Numbered from the stretch's first letter, positions 1-12,489 are shown. The stretch is DNA of 63,837 nucleotides from Antechinus flavipes (GCF_016432865.1 NC_067398.1:703266001-703329837); one strand, 5' to 3'. Made by a program: numbers and translations. The notes: generated by a model not told the origin, from the letters alone.

Positions 1-261
1 GACAAGGAACATGACAAAAAGGCTGTTTTTAGGCAGCAAAGCATAATAAGTTATGATGAATGCAAAGATGTCTGAGTCTCCTTGGTCATTTTTTCCTCTA
101 GCTGTCAACCTGTTGTCAAAGTTCCTCAATAGATCATCAGTGCCCAAGAATGATGGCTAGGGCTGAACCTTACCATACAAAACAACATCAATTACTTACA
201 TATTTATTCCCTAGAACCAGGTTTATGGATCTAGTTGCATGAGCTGAAATCCCCTCAATGC

Positions 262-263
<2 letters not shown>

Positions 264-299
<36 letters not shown>
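264..299. repeat. (GT)18 microsatellite
   Basis: Perfect GT dinucleotide run read directly. Confidence 0.98.
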
Positions 300-301
<2 letters not shown>

Positions 302-1299
302 ATTTTTTTTTAAATTAAGCAGCTCTACTGTATTTAATGCTTTGCAAGTTAATTACCCATGGAAGAACAAAGGGCTAAAGTGAAATTTCCATGCTGAGTC
401 ATTCTCTAGAATTTACTGCCCGAGTGGATCTGGTAGAGAGTGATAGATGAGTTAAGGGGGCTGGACATGTTCCTTGGTCAGATTTCAGAAACCTGGCACC
501 CCTGGATTTGGGCAATGAATGATAGATGAGACAAGTACTCAGATGTTTAGTGACTGGTTGGGTGAAATTCAGTCTGTTTTAGACCCCAAAATGTGATTTA
601 TTCTGATGACCCACAGTTCTTAAGGAGGACACTTCTTGAACTAAATAGTGTAACTTTCCATAACTCAAAACAAAGAAAGGGTATCTCTGGACCAAGATAC
701 TTTTTCCTCCGAGTCATTTCCAAAAAAAAAAATCCTGGGGTATAAAACTATTACCCCCAAAGTCCTTAACTATTGCCCCCAAAGTGTCTCGGGTCAAAGA
801 TTCATTCACATCGAATGACATATTTTGCCTTAACCCAGTAGGGGAGATGTATTCTGTTCTGCAACCATCAGGGGAGAATGCCTTGCAGAAAGTTTAATAA
901 AAAATTTTAATAATAATAAAAATAATACTTAATAAAAGTTTAGTGAACTGAAATGACCAGAAAGATATGTGAAGAAGCTGAAAGCTATAGAAGTCAGGAT
1001 CATCAGACTCAGACTTACAAAGTTGTCCATCTGCCTCATTTAAAAGATGATGAAACTGAGTCCTGAGAATTGAGACAACTCCCTTAAAGGGATTAAATTT
1101 TAACCTTACAAAGTGACTGAATTACCTCCATTCATTCTTGACTTTATGATAACAACAATGGGTCAGTAATTCCAATGGCTGAGGGCAAGGGCTGAGAGCA
1201 AGGTCTGGGATAGGGGAATTGGCAGCCCTCTACAAAGGTTAACCCAAAAGGATGGATCTGTGCCCTCAGTACTGATTGGGGGAGATACTGGATAGAATT

Positions 1300-1480
1300 A
1301 CCAGTCTCACCTCAAGCTTATTTGCTGTGACCCTGCATGAATCTTAACTTTCTTAAGTTTTACTTTTCTCATTTGTAAAATAGGGATAAATTGTTAACAC
1401 CTGTATCAACACATATCACAAGGTTGTTGAGAGGATCAAATGAAAAAATATATGTTAAGGACCTTGTAAAACTTAAAGAA
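1300..1480 (+). mobile_element. MIR/CORE-SINE fragment
   Basis: CORE-like ttctcatttgtaaaatagggata followed by aaggttgttgagaggatcaaatga, typical of the MIR 3' half. Confidence 0.7.
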
Positions 1481-1493
1481 CCATCTAAAGGCC

Positions 1494-1683
1494 ATCTCTT
1501 CTTTCTCTCCCCCTCTTCCTTCTTTCTCCTTTCTTCTCCTCCTCCTCCCTTCTCTATTTCTTTCTCCTCCTCCATCTCTTTCATCTTCCTTATCTTCTTC
1601 CTACATCTCTGTCTACTTCCTCCTTTTCTTCCTCTTCTATCTTTGTCTCCTTCCAATTTTCTCCTGCTTTTCCTTCTTATTAT
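1494..1683. repeat. Polypyrimidine (TCC/TCT/TTC) low-complexity tract
   Basis: Almost purely C/T on the + strand; explains ORFs 1369..1803 and 1391..1810. Confidence 0.9.
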
Positions 1684-2904
1684 TATCTGGATTAACTTGG
1701 GTGTGAAGGTTATGGAGACTGTAGACTCTAGTTCCTTTCTACATCTCAAGCATTCAGCATTAGAATCCTTGATTCTTTCACCTCTGAGTATTACTTCATC
1801 CACAAAATGAAGTGGGAATAGCCTAAAGGACCTCTAAAGTCCCAGTCTAAAGTCAATGATTTCATGACCTCTTTCCATTCCTGGTTCATGAATCATCAAG
1901 GAAAACAGGGACTCCAAGTATTTGAACTTTGGCAAAGTAACTTCCAAAGTACTGACATCAGGATCTCTAAAGGCTAGATAAGTCTGTAAAGAGCTGCAGA
2001 ATTAACAACTGTTTAGGAGTGGGCCTGATTAATGAGTGTAATCAGAGTCATTTACAAACCTCTCTTCACTCCTCCACCTGTCCGCCATCCCTACATTGAG
2101 CCAGGCCATGAATAGGACCCTCATCCATCAGTACCTTGGACCCCGCCCTCCTTCCTTTTCAAAGTGCCAGGCAACTTAATGATGGATTTGTTCAATGTGC
2201 TCATTCCTACTTATGCATGAAACAAAGAGGGATTGATGAATGATGGAGACACACGTCAGTCTCTACTCTTTACTGAAGAGCAAACAGGACCGCCTCCTGA
2301 TGTGTCAATAAGTTTCATCTTCTGTCAATAGGGTCTTAATTCCTACAGATTGAAAAGGGGCTTTGATGGTTGCTGTTTACAGCCTGCTAAGGGCTTTCTA
2401 AGGCACCTGAGTGAGGTCCTAGGATTTCATGTCTAAATAGTTCTTTTCATCCAACCGAAGATGCCATGGGCATAATGGCAGGCAGAATGATCCAATTCAA
2501 AAAAAAAAAAAAAAAGCATGACATGGTTTAAAAAAAAGTTCTCAATTTGTAGTCAGAGAAATTGGTGCTTGAATTTGGGGACCATATCTGAGGAGCAAGA
2601 CTTTAGAACTAGGAAGATGTCAAAGGCCATCTGGTGTAATCCCTTCATTTTACAGATGGGGAACTGGGAGGTCACACAGATAGATAGGATCATCACAAGT
2701 GGAATTTTCATCTAGGTTCTGATTTGAGAGCCAGTACCCTTTCCACTATTAATCCACCGATGTAATCTTAGAAAAGTTACTGAAGCCCTCTAGAACTGTT
2801 TTCTTATTTGAAAAAAAAAATAGTCATTGGATCTAGAGTCCCTTCTGTGGCTAAATCTATGATCACTGAATTCCCAGGACAGATTTTAACCATCTGTTAT
2901 TGAA

Positions 2905-3460
2905 GAAATTAATCAACAAGCATTTAATAAATAGGTACTATAGTAATAAACATTTATTAATCACCTACTACATGCTAGAAATTGTACTAAGTGCCTACTG
3001 TGTAATAGACCTTGGGAATCCAAAGATATAAATAAGAGTCCCTGACTTCAAGGACCTTATATTACAAGAGTGGGGAGGTTAAACAGTATGTATATATATA
3101 AAATAGTCTAGAGGCAAAGAAATTGAGGGGAGAGCAGCATTAGCATTTGGGCAATTAGGAAAAGGTGTCATGTAGGTTCAGAACCACTAAGATAATCAGT
3201 CTAGACTGATTATTGATTAGGTCTAGACTGGACAGATTTTGGTGTTGACCTGGAATTCCAAAACCTGAAAATGCAAGAGACTCCCTGCTCCTACCTCCAG
3301 GCAAAACTTGGGAAAAATCAGTTTGGACTGGAGAAAATTTTGCAAGCTTTTGTTCCCCAAAATAATGACTAATCTCCACTTCATTTAATGGACGAAGTAT
3401 ACTCAGAGGTGAAAGAATCAATAATGACACTTTAAAGTTGAAAACATGCTTCTCATCCAT
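2905..3460 (-). mobile_element. L2 LINE 3' fragment
   Basis: aatcaacaagcatttaataaa...tgtactaagtg...gggaatccaaag...gtccctgacttcaaggacctta is the antisense reading of the L2 3' end. Confidence 0.75.
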
Positions 3461-4466
3461 CTTCTCATATGATACTATAAGGAAATAATCTGTTGACATA
3501 GGTGTTTTTAATTATCATTATTTAAAGGGTATGAGAATGGAGACTCAAATTAAGTGACTTGCCCAGAGACACACAGCTATAATATTGGAGATAAGACCTC
3601 AATCCAGCTTTTGATGAATCCAAGTCCAATGCCCTCCAGGCACTCTCTTATTAAGCCCTCCAGGAAAGAAAGAAAGTTTCCTTTCCTGAAATACTGTTTT
3701 AGCCTCTACTCAATGAGCACATAAGCAGTAGTTAAATGAATATTTGTTGACTGAGTGACTGATAGACTGATAGATTCATGAAAATATCATTGGCCCATTC
3801 GGGCTAAAATGCATACCATGCTGTTATTTTTAAGTGTACCTCTTCCTAGGCACAGTCATGCCCTGAATCAGCCTGCCCTGCTAATTTGGGGTTCAGATTA
3901 GAAAGGATCACACTTCCATGGCAGAGATGCCCATCCTGAGATGCAGATCCATCACTTGCGAGGTGGAGTTTTACATAAATAACAAGTAGACTATTATGAA
4001 GTAACAGGGGAAAGCACAGCTGGAGTCAGAGATCCTGGGTTCAAATCCTTGTTCTATCACTTATTGTCTGTGAGCCAGAAGCAAGTCACATGGCAGAAGC
4101 TACACATCTGGCTCTTAGGTCTGTGAAATAAGAGGGTTGGAATAAATAACTCCCAAACAGATTTCCAATTTGAACTCTAAATAAATACATCTCTGGGGTA
4201 CAAAGGAGAACATTTTTAAAATCTATAATATCCCTCAACCCCGGACCCTTCCTCTTCTTCATAGTGATCCCATTTGGGTGCCTTTCTTATTCTTCTTTTC
4301 TGCGTCTCCCTTCCACATCATCCCCCTACACCTTCTAGATCCCTTTTGTATGTTTTCACTCATTAGCTTGTAAACTTCTTTAAAGTAGACATACCCTTCA
4401 CACTTATATCTATATTCCTAGTACTTAGGACACTGCCTTACACAGTAAGGGCTTAATAAACGTTCC

Positions 4467-4630
4467 ATCTATCCATCCATCCATCCATCTATCCATCTAA
4501 CCATCTATCTATATCTATCTTACAAATCCATCTATCAATTCATCCATATGTCTTTTGTTCCATCCATCTAGCTATCCATCCAATCTTTTCTGTATCTTTC
4601 TGACTGTCTCTACTTGCCTGTCTATCTATT
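4467..4630. repeat. Degenerate (ATCC/ATCT)n tetranucleotide repeat
   Basis: atccatccatccatccatctatccatct... read directly. Confidence 0.85.
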
Positions 4631-4986
4631 TTATGGAATGATTTAGACTATGGGATTCCCTAGACTCATCACTAGCTGTGATACCTGAACCTTAGTTGAG
4701 GAGAAAGGGAGAGCCTGAGGACTGTTTAGAAAATTATATCTAGTTCAACCACTGGCATTTTACACACTTAGAACTCAGGTCCCATGAAGTCACATGACTT
4801 GCCCAGAGTCCCCAATAGTAAGTAGCAAAACCAGAATTGGGACCCAGACTCTCTGATTCCAAATACAGTTCTTTTTTGTACATGCTGTGACTTATTGTAT
4901 GTATAGATAGAGACAGAGGTATGTCTATATATCTCATATCCCCTAATACCACTTCAGAAAGAGACAGACAGGAAAATTGGACATTT

Positions 4987-5090
4987 TGTGTGTGAGTGTG
5001 TGTATGTATATATGTATATATGTATAATGTATGTATATACACTACATGAACATATATTATCTACCTATAATACATGTATGTACATCTAGA
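4987..5090. repeat. Degenerate (TG)/(TA) dinucleotide repeat
   Basis: tgtgtgtgagtgtgtgtatgtatatatgtatata... read directly. Confidence 0.85.
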
Positions 5091-5216
5091 GAAAGGAAGA
5101 AAAGAGGGAGGTATTATAAAGAAAGAGGAGTGTTCTAAAGGCTCTCCTCCAACAGAACAATCTCCAAAGGGCACCTAGGGATAGGACTAAGGCAAAGACT
5201 CTGGCTCTCCCCTCAC

Positions 5217-5508
5217 AGTTTACTCATGAATCCCCAAGTCTTCTTCAGAGAGTTCTGGTATATAGAAGAAGCTATTGTGAAGAGAAGAAGCCACCAGGGC
5301 AGCTTTGATCGACAAAGAGGGTGACAAAAGCCAAGTATTGCAATGACAGAAGACAAAGCAGATGTGACCCTTGCAGGCTCCCAAGATGACAGGTATGACA
5401 GGAAACTTGGAAGCTCTGATGCCAATGGCGGCCTCCCCGGTGAATGAAAACTGAGGCGGTGACCCCCAGCCAGGCAACATGAAGTCCCCCATCCTTGGCC
5501 ATGGTTTC
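5217..5508 (-). other. Unique repeat-free segment; candidate 292-nt exon or enhancer (unassigned)
   Basis: Minus-strand acceptor cactcacattctag|G and donor ACT|gtgagg; one frame open across the whole segment; 4 CpGs. No protein recognised. Confidence 0.25.
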
Positions 5509-6184
5509 CTAGAATGTGAGTGACACAGCTAGTGCAGCACTAAGACATGCTTGTCTCAGAGTCTAGCTTCCAAACTTGCTACAACCCCTGGGTCTGAGCT
5601 TACTAGTAGAGAATTCCTCCTCTATCCCTGAGAAACTCACAAGCATTCAGGAAGCAGAAATTTTAGAAACAGAGTCTCTGTGGGATAATGAAATGATGAC
5701 ACTGAATTCATACCCCACCCATGATTATTACTATGTGACCTTGACCATGTCACTCTGTGAGCCTCAGTTTCCTCACCTATAAAATAAGGTTTTTCTTTTT
5801 ATGGGTTCTGATGTCACTTCTAACAAAATGTATGACTGTAACACTCGTTTTCAAATCCCATTTCTTTCTCTTACTCCAGTATGGCTCTGAGCAAGTAACT
5901 GAACTTCCTTGAAAATTAAATGTAAAATAAAGCAGTTCCTTTGATAGTGTGGGGAAGAATCAGATAACCACTGAGGCTCCTTTTATTTCTAAATCTATGG
6001 TCCTAAGCAAACTGGCATGGACAAGGTGGAACCAGAGGAACTCTGGGCCAACTCCACCCCTTCAGTTAAGTAAATCTCATCTCTGTTGACAGAAGTTGAA
6101 CAAGAGTTAGAAGCTTCCAGAATCTTAGAGTTAAAATGACCTCAGAAGATTTCATAGTTTATATTGGATTAAATATTCTCAATA

Positions 6185-6848
6185 AATAACTATCCAGAAT
6201 TGTGAAATGATCCATTCATTCTGGAGAGCAATTCAGAACTATGTCCATATCCTTTGATGTAGCAATGTCTCTACTGGGTCTGTATCCCAAAAAGATCATA
6301 AAAGATGGGAAAGGACCTACATGTGCAAAAATGTTTGTAGCAGCAATTTCTGTAGTGGAAAGGAAATAGAAATTGAGGGGATGCCTACCAATTGGGGAAT
6401 GGCTAAATAAGTGAATGTAATGTAAATAAGTGAAAGTAATGGAATATTATTGTTCTATACAAAATGATGAGTAGACTGATTTCAGAAACGTCTGGAAAGA
6501 CTTTCATGAACTAATGCTGAGTGAAGTAAGCAGAACCAAGAGAACACTGTACACAGTAACAACAAAATTATGTGATGATCAACTGTGATGGACTTGGCTC
6601 TTCTCAACATCATGGTGACTTAAGGTGATTCTAATAGAGTAGATGAAAAATGCCATTCACATCCAGAGAGAAATTGATGCATAGTATTTTCACTTTTTGT
6701 TTGCTTTTTTCTTATGATTTTCCCCTTTTGCCTTGATTTTTTTTGGTATAACATGACAAATATGGAAATTTAAAGAGTTTACATATTTAACCTATATCAG
6801 ATTGCTTGCTATTTGGGGAAAGAATTGTTTGATAATTAAAAAAAAAAC
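6185..6848 (+). mobile_element. Marsupial L1 3' end (ORF2 C-terminus + 3' UTR)
   Basis: ctactgggtctgtatcccaaaaagatcataaaagatgggaaaggacctacatgtgcaaaaatgtttgtagcagc... ending in an A-rich tail at 6838-6847. Confidence 0.9.
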
Positions 6849-8490
6849 AGTCAGCCTCTGCTTGAGGATTTCCAGTTCTGGAAACCCATTTTCTCCCAAG
6901 ACATCCCTTCCATTTTTGGACAAGATTAGTTATTTTTTTCCTGATGTAGATCCCCAAATTTACCTCTGCCACTTTACCAGCTACTCTTGGTTTTTTGTCC
7001 TCTGGAGTTGTGTGGAACAAAGCAAATCTACATTCCCCATGATGGTCTTTCAAATTCTGGGATCATGATAAACTGAGCATGTCTCCCAGGATCTATTTAT
7101 CTCCCAGGCTTTTCATGCTGTTCCACTTTCCTTGTTATCCTCCTACTTCTCTGATTGTTCCTTCTCAGTGTCCCATTGCACAAACTGCAAAATGCATATT
7201 ATCAAAATTTTTGCCATTTAAAGTCTCTGACAATCTAGCTTCAATCTATCCTTCCTGATTAATTTGCTTTTTTAATCTTTTAAAAAGATCCAAATTTTTT
7301 GCTAATATAGACTTTTTTTTTTTAACATTTTAACCTTCATTCTGAAGAAAATTAAAATCATTGACATACAAAAAGTAATAGAAGGTAAGGTCTTCTGTTG
7401 AAACCCATTGGATCCTACTTAGATCTTGTCCTATTTCTCTGAAATGAGACAACCATTTGGGGGTCCCCTCTGTGAATACACTCATTAGAGCCCAGAATGA
7501 AAATGAAGTAGACTCCCAAAATAGAACTTTCTCCAAAGGAACATCATTAACCTTCATACATGTTGCATTCTGGTCAAAGGAGCCCTAGATGTGTTCTTTC
7601 CCTTAATAGAAGGTAATCTTCTTGAAGACAAGGACTTTGTTTGCTTTGTTTTATTTATTTGTATTAATTGATCCCTAAATTGTTAGCACTCCCTCTCAAG
7701 CTATTAATTGGTATATTTACTTTACATGTATTTGTATTTAATTACCAGAGTGCCTATGAGTTCTCCATTATAATATAATCTCCATGAAGGCAGGGACTGT
7801 TCTGTTTTTGGCATTATATCTCTAGCATCCACAATAATTGCCTAGCCCAAAGTAAATACTTAAATGCAATTGAATGAATTAATTAGTGAATTAATGAATG
7901 AATAAAAAATTAAGAATTGACTCAATCAGAAGACCAAGATTCCTAGGCTGTGCAGAAGATGTCTCTGTGGGTGGGCCAATCAAGAATCTAGTTCATTATC
8001 TGATAAAAATGAGGATTTAATGGTGCTATTAAGAAGGAAATAATTGTGCTCCTTGAAAAGGGAACTTAAGGAAAGATAAAAGAGAAAATCATTGACACTT
8101 TGGAGAAAGGCCCTAAAATAATCTTCCTTAGGAGCTCCAGTGTGTTAAACCGTGAAAACATGGAGAGGAGAAAATGAATCAAATAGACTCCAATGTAACC
8201 TTTAATTTGCACCCATGAAATAATTTTGATGGTCACTCATAACTATTTAACGGATGTTTATTCTCGAAATGTCATCCCTGCCTATGAGATTGCTCGGATA
8301 TGCACCAAGCATTGACTCTCTATTAATATGTACATGTGGAAAGACACGCCGTCTGTTTCATGTCCTGACATCTTTTTGATGCATCCAGACTCAGCTGGAA
8401 TTTGATAAGGGATTATACAATTCAGGCAAAGTGTGCCTGGGGTGCCATGATCCCATCCAGAACTCTAAGTCATGTTGTCTTCAAGAAACT

Positions 8491-8638
8491 AAGGGGTCCT
8501 CAAACTTTTTAAATAGGGGACCAGTTCACTGTCCCTCAGACTGTTGAAGGGCCGGACTATAGTAAAAACAAAACCTTTGTCTCGTGGGCCTTTAAATAAA
8601 GAAACTTCATAGCCCTGGGTGAGGGGGATAAACATCTT
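8491..8638 (+). mobile_element. hAT (Charlie-type) non-autonomous DNA transposon, OC1/OposCharlie1-like, right end missing
   Basis: Starts (c>a)aggggtcctcaaactttttaaatag (hAT TIR) and follows my recollection of the OC1 MITE: ccagttcactgtccctcagactgttg...gggccggactatagtaaaaacaaa...gggcctttaaataaagaaacttcatagccctgggtgagggggataaac. Confidence 0.7.
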
Positions 8639-9084
8639 CCTAGGACATGCCTGGACACATTAATGCCCATGGATGTGAAGGACATAGCAGTGAGGCAATT
8701 GAAAAGGCTAGAAAGATTATAACTGGTGACTTTCTGCTCATCCAAGTGGTACTGAGTGGCCATATTTCCAAGTGACAACTGTAGAGAAGGACGTATGGCC
8801 CCAGGGATCTGAGTGGAACAGGGAGTAGAACAGTCTTACCATCTCTGCCATTTATTACCTATATGGCTTTAGATAAATCATTTGACTTCTCAGCATCTTC
8901 ATCTATAAAATGAAGGATTAAACTAAATGGCCTCTAATTGTGAACCTTGGAGAGCAGATGCCGTTCATCACCGAGACTTCTCAGAACTTTTATTGCTTGG
9001 CATCTTTCAGAACCTTCAGAAATTTCAGAAATTGTATTCCATGGTCATAGGCTTCAAGAATTCAGGGGCAGGAATACAAATAGC

Positions 9085-9322
9085 TAGCATTTATAAAGCA
9101 CTTTATGGTTTGCAAAACTCTTTACAAATACTATCTCATTCAATCTTTACAACAATTCTAGGAGATAGGTGCTATAATTCCCATTTTTCAGATAGGGAAA
9201 CTGAGGCAGAATTTAAGTGATTTGGTCAGAATCACACAGCTAGTAGGTGTTTGAGGTTCAATTTGAACTGAGGTCTTCTTGATTCCAGATCTAGTATTTT
9301 ATTCACTCTCCCACTTAACTGT
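9085..9322 (-). mobile_element. MIR SINE
   Basis: cccatttttcagatagggaaactgaggcag...aagtgatttggtcagaatcacacagctagt (antisense CORE). Confidence 0.85.
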
Positions 9323-9344
9323 TTCTCTTTGGTAAGGGCAGGTA

Positions 9345-10090
9345 TAAAGAAATACAGCTGACATACCACATCTAAACAGATCTAGAAAATAAAATCAGGA
9401 AATCTAAGAAAAATCATAGAGTCAAAACCGAAGAGTCAATCTCATCTGAACTGATCAAAGGAAAGAAAGACACACATCCATACACAGTTATATACAGAAA
9501 TATATTTCATTCAACAAGGAAACTAAAGGGAGAAGAAAGAAGGAGAAATAAGAGACAGTATAAATTAAAGAAAGGATTTGTCCTAAGCAAAGCAAAGTTT
9601 AAAGGTGTTAAAAAATGTATAGAAATTATTTTTGTGGGGACAAAGAATTGGAAACAAAGTACACATTAAATTGTGGAATGGATGGTATATAAAGGCGATG
9701 GAATATCATTGTGGTATAATAAATGATGAAGAGGATAGTTTCAGAGAAAAACTGAAGCAGACTGAAGTGAACAGAACAAGGACATTATGTGAGAACAACA
9801 ACACTGTAAAGACTTTGAAAGACTTTGGGGATTCAGACTGATCCAATTAACAGCCGTGATTTCAGAGGACACGTGATGAAACAAACATGTTACCTATCCT
9901 CTGATAAAAAGGTCATGGACGCAGGGTGCAAATTAAGACTGTTTTTGACTCGCCAATTTGGGGATTTGTTTTGTTTGACTATATATAAACAAGGATTTTG
10001 TTTCTCTTCACATTCTTAGTGGAAGAAAGAGGCAAGTTGGGATGGGGAGAGAACGTAGAGCTAAAAATAAAATTTAAACAGAAACAATAT
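9345..10090 (+). mobile_element. Old L1 fragments (internal piece joined to 3' end)
   Basis: aaagaattggaaacaaag...tggaatggatggtatataaaggcgatggaatatcattgtggtataataaatgatgaa...actgaagtgaacagaacaagg, typical of L1 3' ends. Confidence 0.75.
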
Positions 10091-11289
10091 GTTCATAATA
10101 ACTATTAAAATACATAGTTTAAATATATTTGAAATATATCTACAAAAATAAATTTTAATTTTAAAAGATGTATTTGTTTGAACATGGTCAATGTGTGAAT
10201 TTGAGGAGGGGGGGAGCTTGACACAGGCTTATAATTAGAAGTTGGTTTTTCTTTCTCACTGTGATGGTGGCATGTGAGGAAGAGAAGACAGATTTCCATT
10301 GATTGAAAAAGTTAAAATTTAAAAGGTTAAGATTTAAAAGGTTAAAATCTTAAAAAGATCAACTGTTTTCCCTAATATGGCATCATCAATCAAAATTCAA
10401 GATAATAAGAAATCTCAACTTTCAAAGTGTCGATCAGTTTTTTCTCCCCTAAGTGATCAGGAACATTAATCATGGGATTATAGATTTTTGAATTGGAAGT
10501 GATAGGTCTTATAGTTCATCTTGTCCTTCATTTTACCAATAAGGAAACTGAAATTCGGAAAGATGACTTTGGAAAGGTCACACGGGTTGTGAGTGACAGA
10601 ACCAGATTTTAACCAAGATCTCAGGATGGCCAATCCTCTGTTCTTTTTTTATGGTACTACATTAATTCTTTTCGTCTGCTTATTAAGCAGTAAAAATCAA
10701 TTTCAGGTTTTGAGATCTTAAGTCAGGTATCTCTCTAGCTGGGAGTCATCCAAATGAGATCTGGCCTGGAGGCAGGGGCATGGATCAGATGGCTTCCAAA
10801 TAGAGCTGTTGATCTTTGGGATTCCATCATCGCCTCTAAACAGAAAGGGGTGTTCTGGGCACTTCTGATTTGCATATTCCCTTGCAGTGGAATTTTCAGT
10901 CAGTGACATTTGTCTGGTCTAGCACAAAAAAATATAAACCTGTTATTACTCACACACTGTATGTCACTTGAGGAAGAAAATACAAGGGCTGATGTGTAAA
11001 AGCATACTGGAAGACTGAAGCCCTGGGTTTTGCTCAGTGAATGGATGAGTCTTCTGAGGAAATTCACTTTTCTTTCCCTTCCCTGCTTCTATTTCCCTCT
11101 CCCCCCACCCCCAACTTACTCCATAGTGAAATCAAAGACTGGACAAGTGAAATGGGGAGGAGTATTGATCAAGAGAGTTCCCTAATCCCTTGATAAGCTC
11201 ACCATTTCTTCTCTGGTATTTTAAGAGTTGAGAGAGACCTAAGTGGTTATTTTATCCAACTGAATCTTTCATGGCACTTTCATTGTCGT

Positions 11290-11480
11290 CCAATCATTTT
11301 TCAGTTGTGTTCTATTCTCTGTGACCCTATTTGGGTTTTTCTTGCCAAAGATATTGGAGTAGTTTCCAATTTCAATTTACACCTGAGGAAACTGATGCAA
11401 ACAGGTGAAGTGCTCAGGGTCACAAGCTAAGTATCTGAGGCCAGATTTGACTTCATGTCCTACGCTTTGTGCCACCATAA
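11290..11480 (-). mobile_element. MAR1-type marsupial SINE
   Basis: ttcagttgtgttctattctctgtgaccctatttgggtttttcttgccaaagatattggagtagttt (antisense of the MAR1 3' tail) plus CORE. Confidence 0.8.
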
Positions 11481-11489
11481 AAGTATCCA

Positions 11490-11690
11490 AGAGCACGTTC
11501 CACTACAATATACCTAACAAGTGGTCAACCAACCTCACCTTGAAGACCCTCAACAAGGGTTCTGAGACATCCTATTCCACTGAAAAAGAGTTTCAATTAC
11601 TTATTTTTTCCCGTTTGTGAGTCTAAAGTTATCTCTTTGGAACCTCTTCATATTGGTTCTGATTATGTTCTCTGCTATCCAAAAGACAGA
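11490..11690 (-). mobile_element. L3/CR1 3' fragment
   Basis: aacaagtggtcaaccaacctcaccttgaagacc...ctattccact... is the antisense of the L3 3' end. Confidence 0.6.
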
Positions 11691-11732
11691 TAATGTAGAA
11701 TAGTGGAAAGATCATTGGATCTAGAGTCATAA

Positions 11733-12000
11733 ATTGTTGTTGTTGTTCAGTCATTTCAGTCATGTACAACTCTTTATGAGCTCATTTGGAGTTTTCTTGG
11801 CAAAGATACTGCAGTAGCTTTCCAGTTCCTTCTCCAGCTCATTGTACAGTTTAGGAAACTGAGGCAAACAGGATGAAAGATATTTGCCACAGGTCACCCA
11901 CCTGAGTGGGTGAGGCCACTAACCTCAAGTATCTGAGGCCAGATTTTAACTTAACAAGGTGAATCTTCCTGACACCAGACCCAACCACCTAGCTGCTCAA
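11733..12000 (-). mobile_element. MAR1-type SINE
   Basis: ttgttgttgttcagtcatttcagtcatgtacaactctttatgagctcatttggagttttcttggcaaagatact... Confidence 0.85.
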
Positions 12001-12489
12001 AGGTCATAGGATCTGGGTTCAAAATTCACTACTTATGTTTTCTAATTATGTGATCTTAGATCAGCCTCCTGGTACCTCAGTTTCCTTACCTATTAAAAAA
12101 AATATTGCACTAGAAGGCATCTGAGGCCCTTTTCAACTCTAAAATTATATCTTCTGACACCAAATGTAATCCTTCTTCTAGGTAACAGACCTTCAAATGA
12201 TTGAAGATATTTAACATTTCATTCTAATTTTCTCTTCTCCTGAACGAACTTTAGGGAACTCTCTTTAATTGGGTACTGGTTTCTTTCCTTATCTGTAAGA
12301 TGAGAGTGTAGACTCAACAACCTATGAAGTTCTTTCCAAATTGAAGTTTGGGATCCTTCAAGCCATATTCATGACTATTTGGAGTAAAGGATCCTTCAAT
12401 TGATTCTCAAATGATATCATGCTCCTTCTGTCCTTCCTTTTTTATCCTCCTCCCCTTCTCCTTTGCCTCTCCAATGCCTTAAGACAAAA

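Noticed and set aside
1369-1810. 144-aa and 139-aa overlapping ORFs
   Set aside because: Generated by a MIR plus the CT-rich low-complexity tract; no coding signal.
10306-10357. Three ~15-bp repeats aaaaggttaa(g/a)att
   Set aside because: Ordinary slippage in AT-rich DNA next to an L1 remnant.
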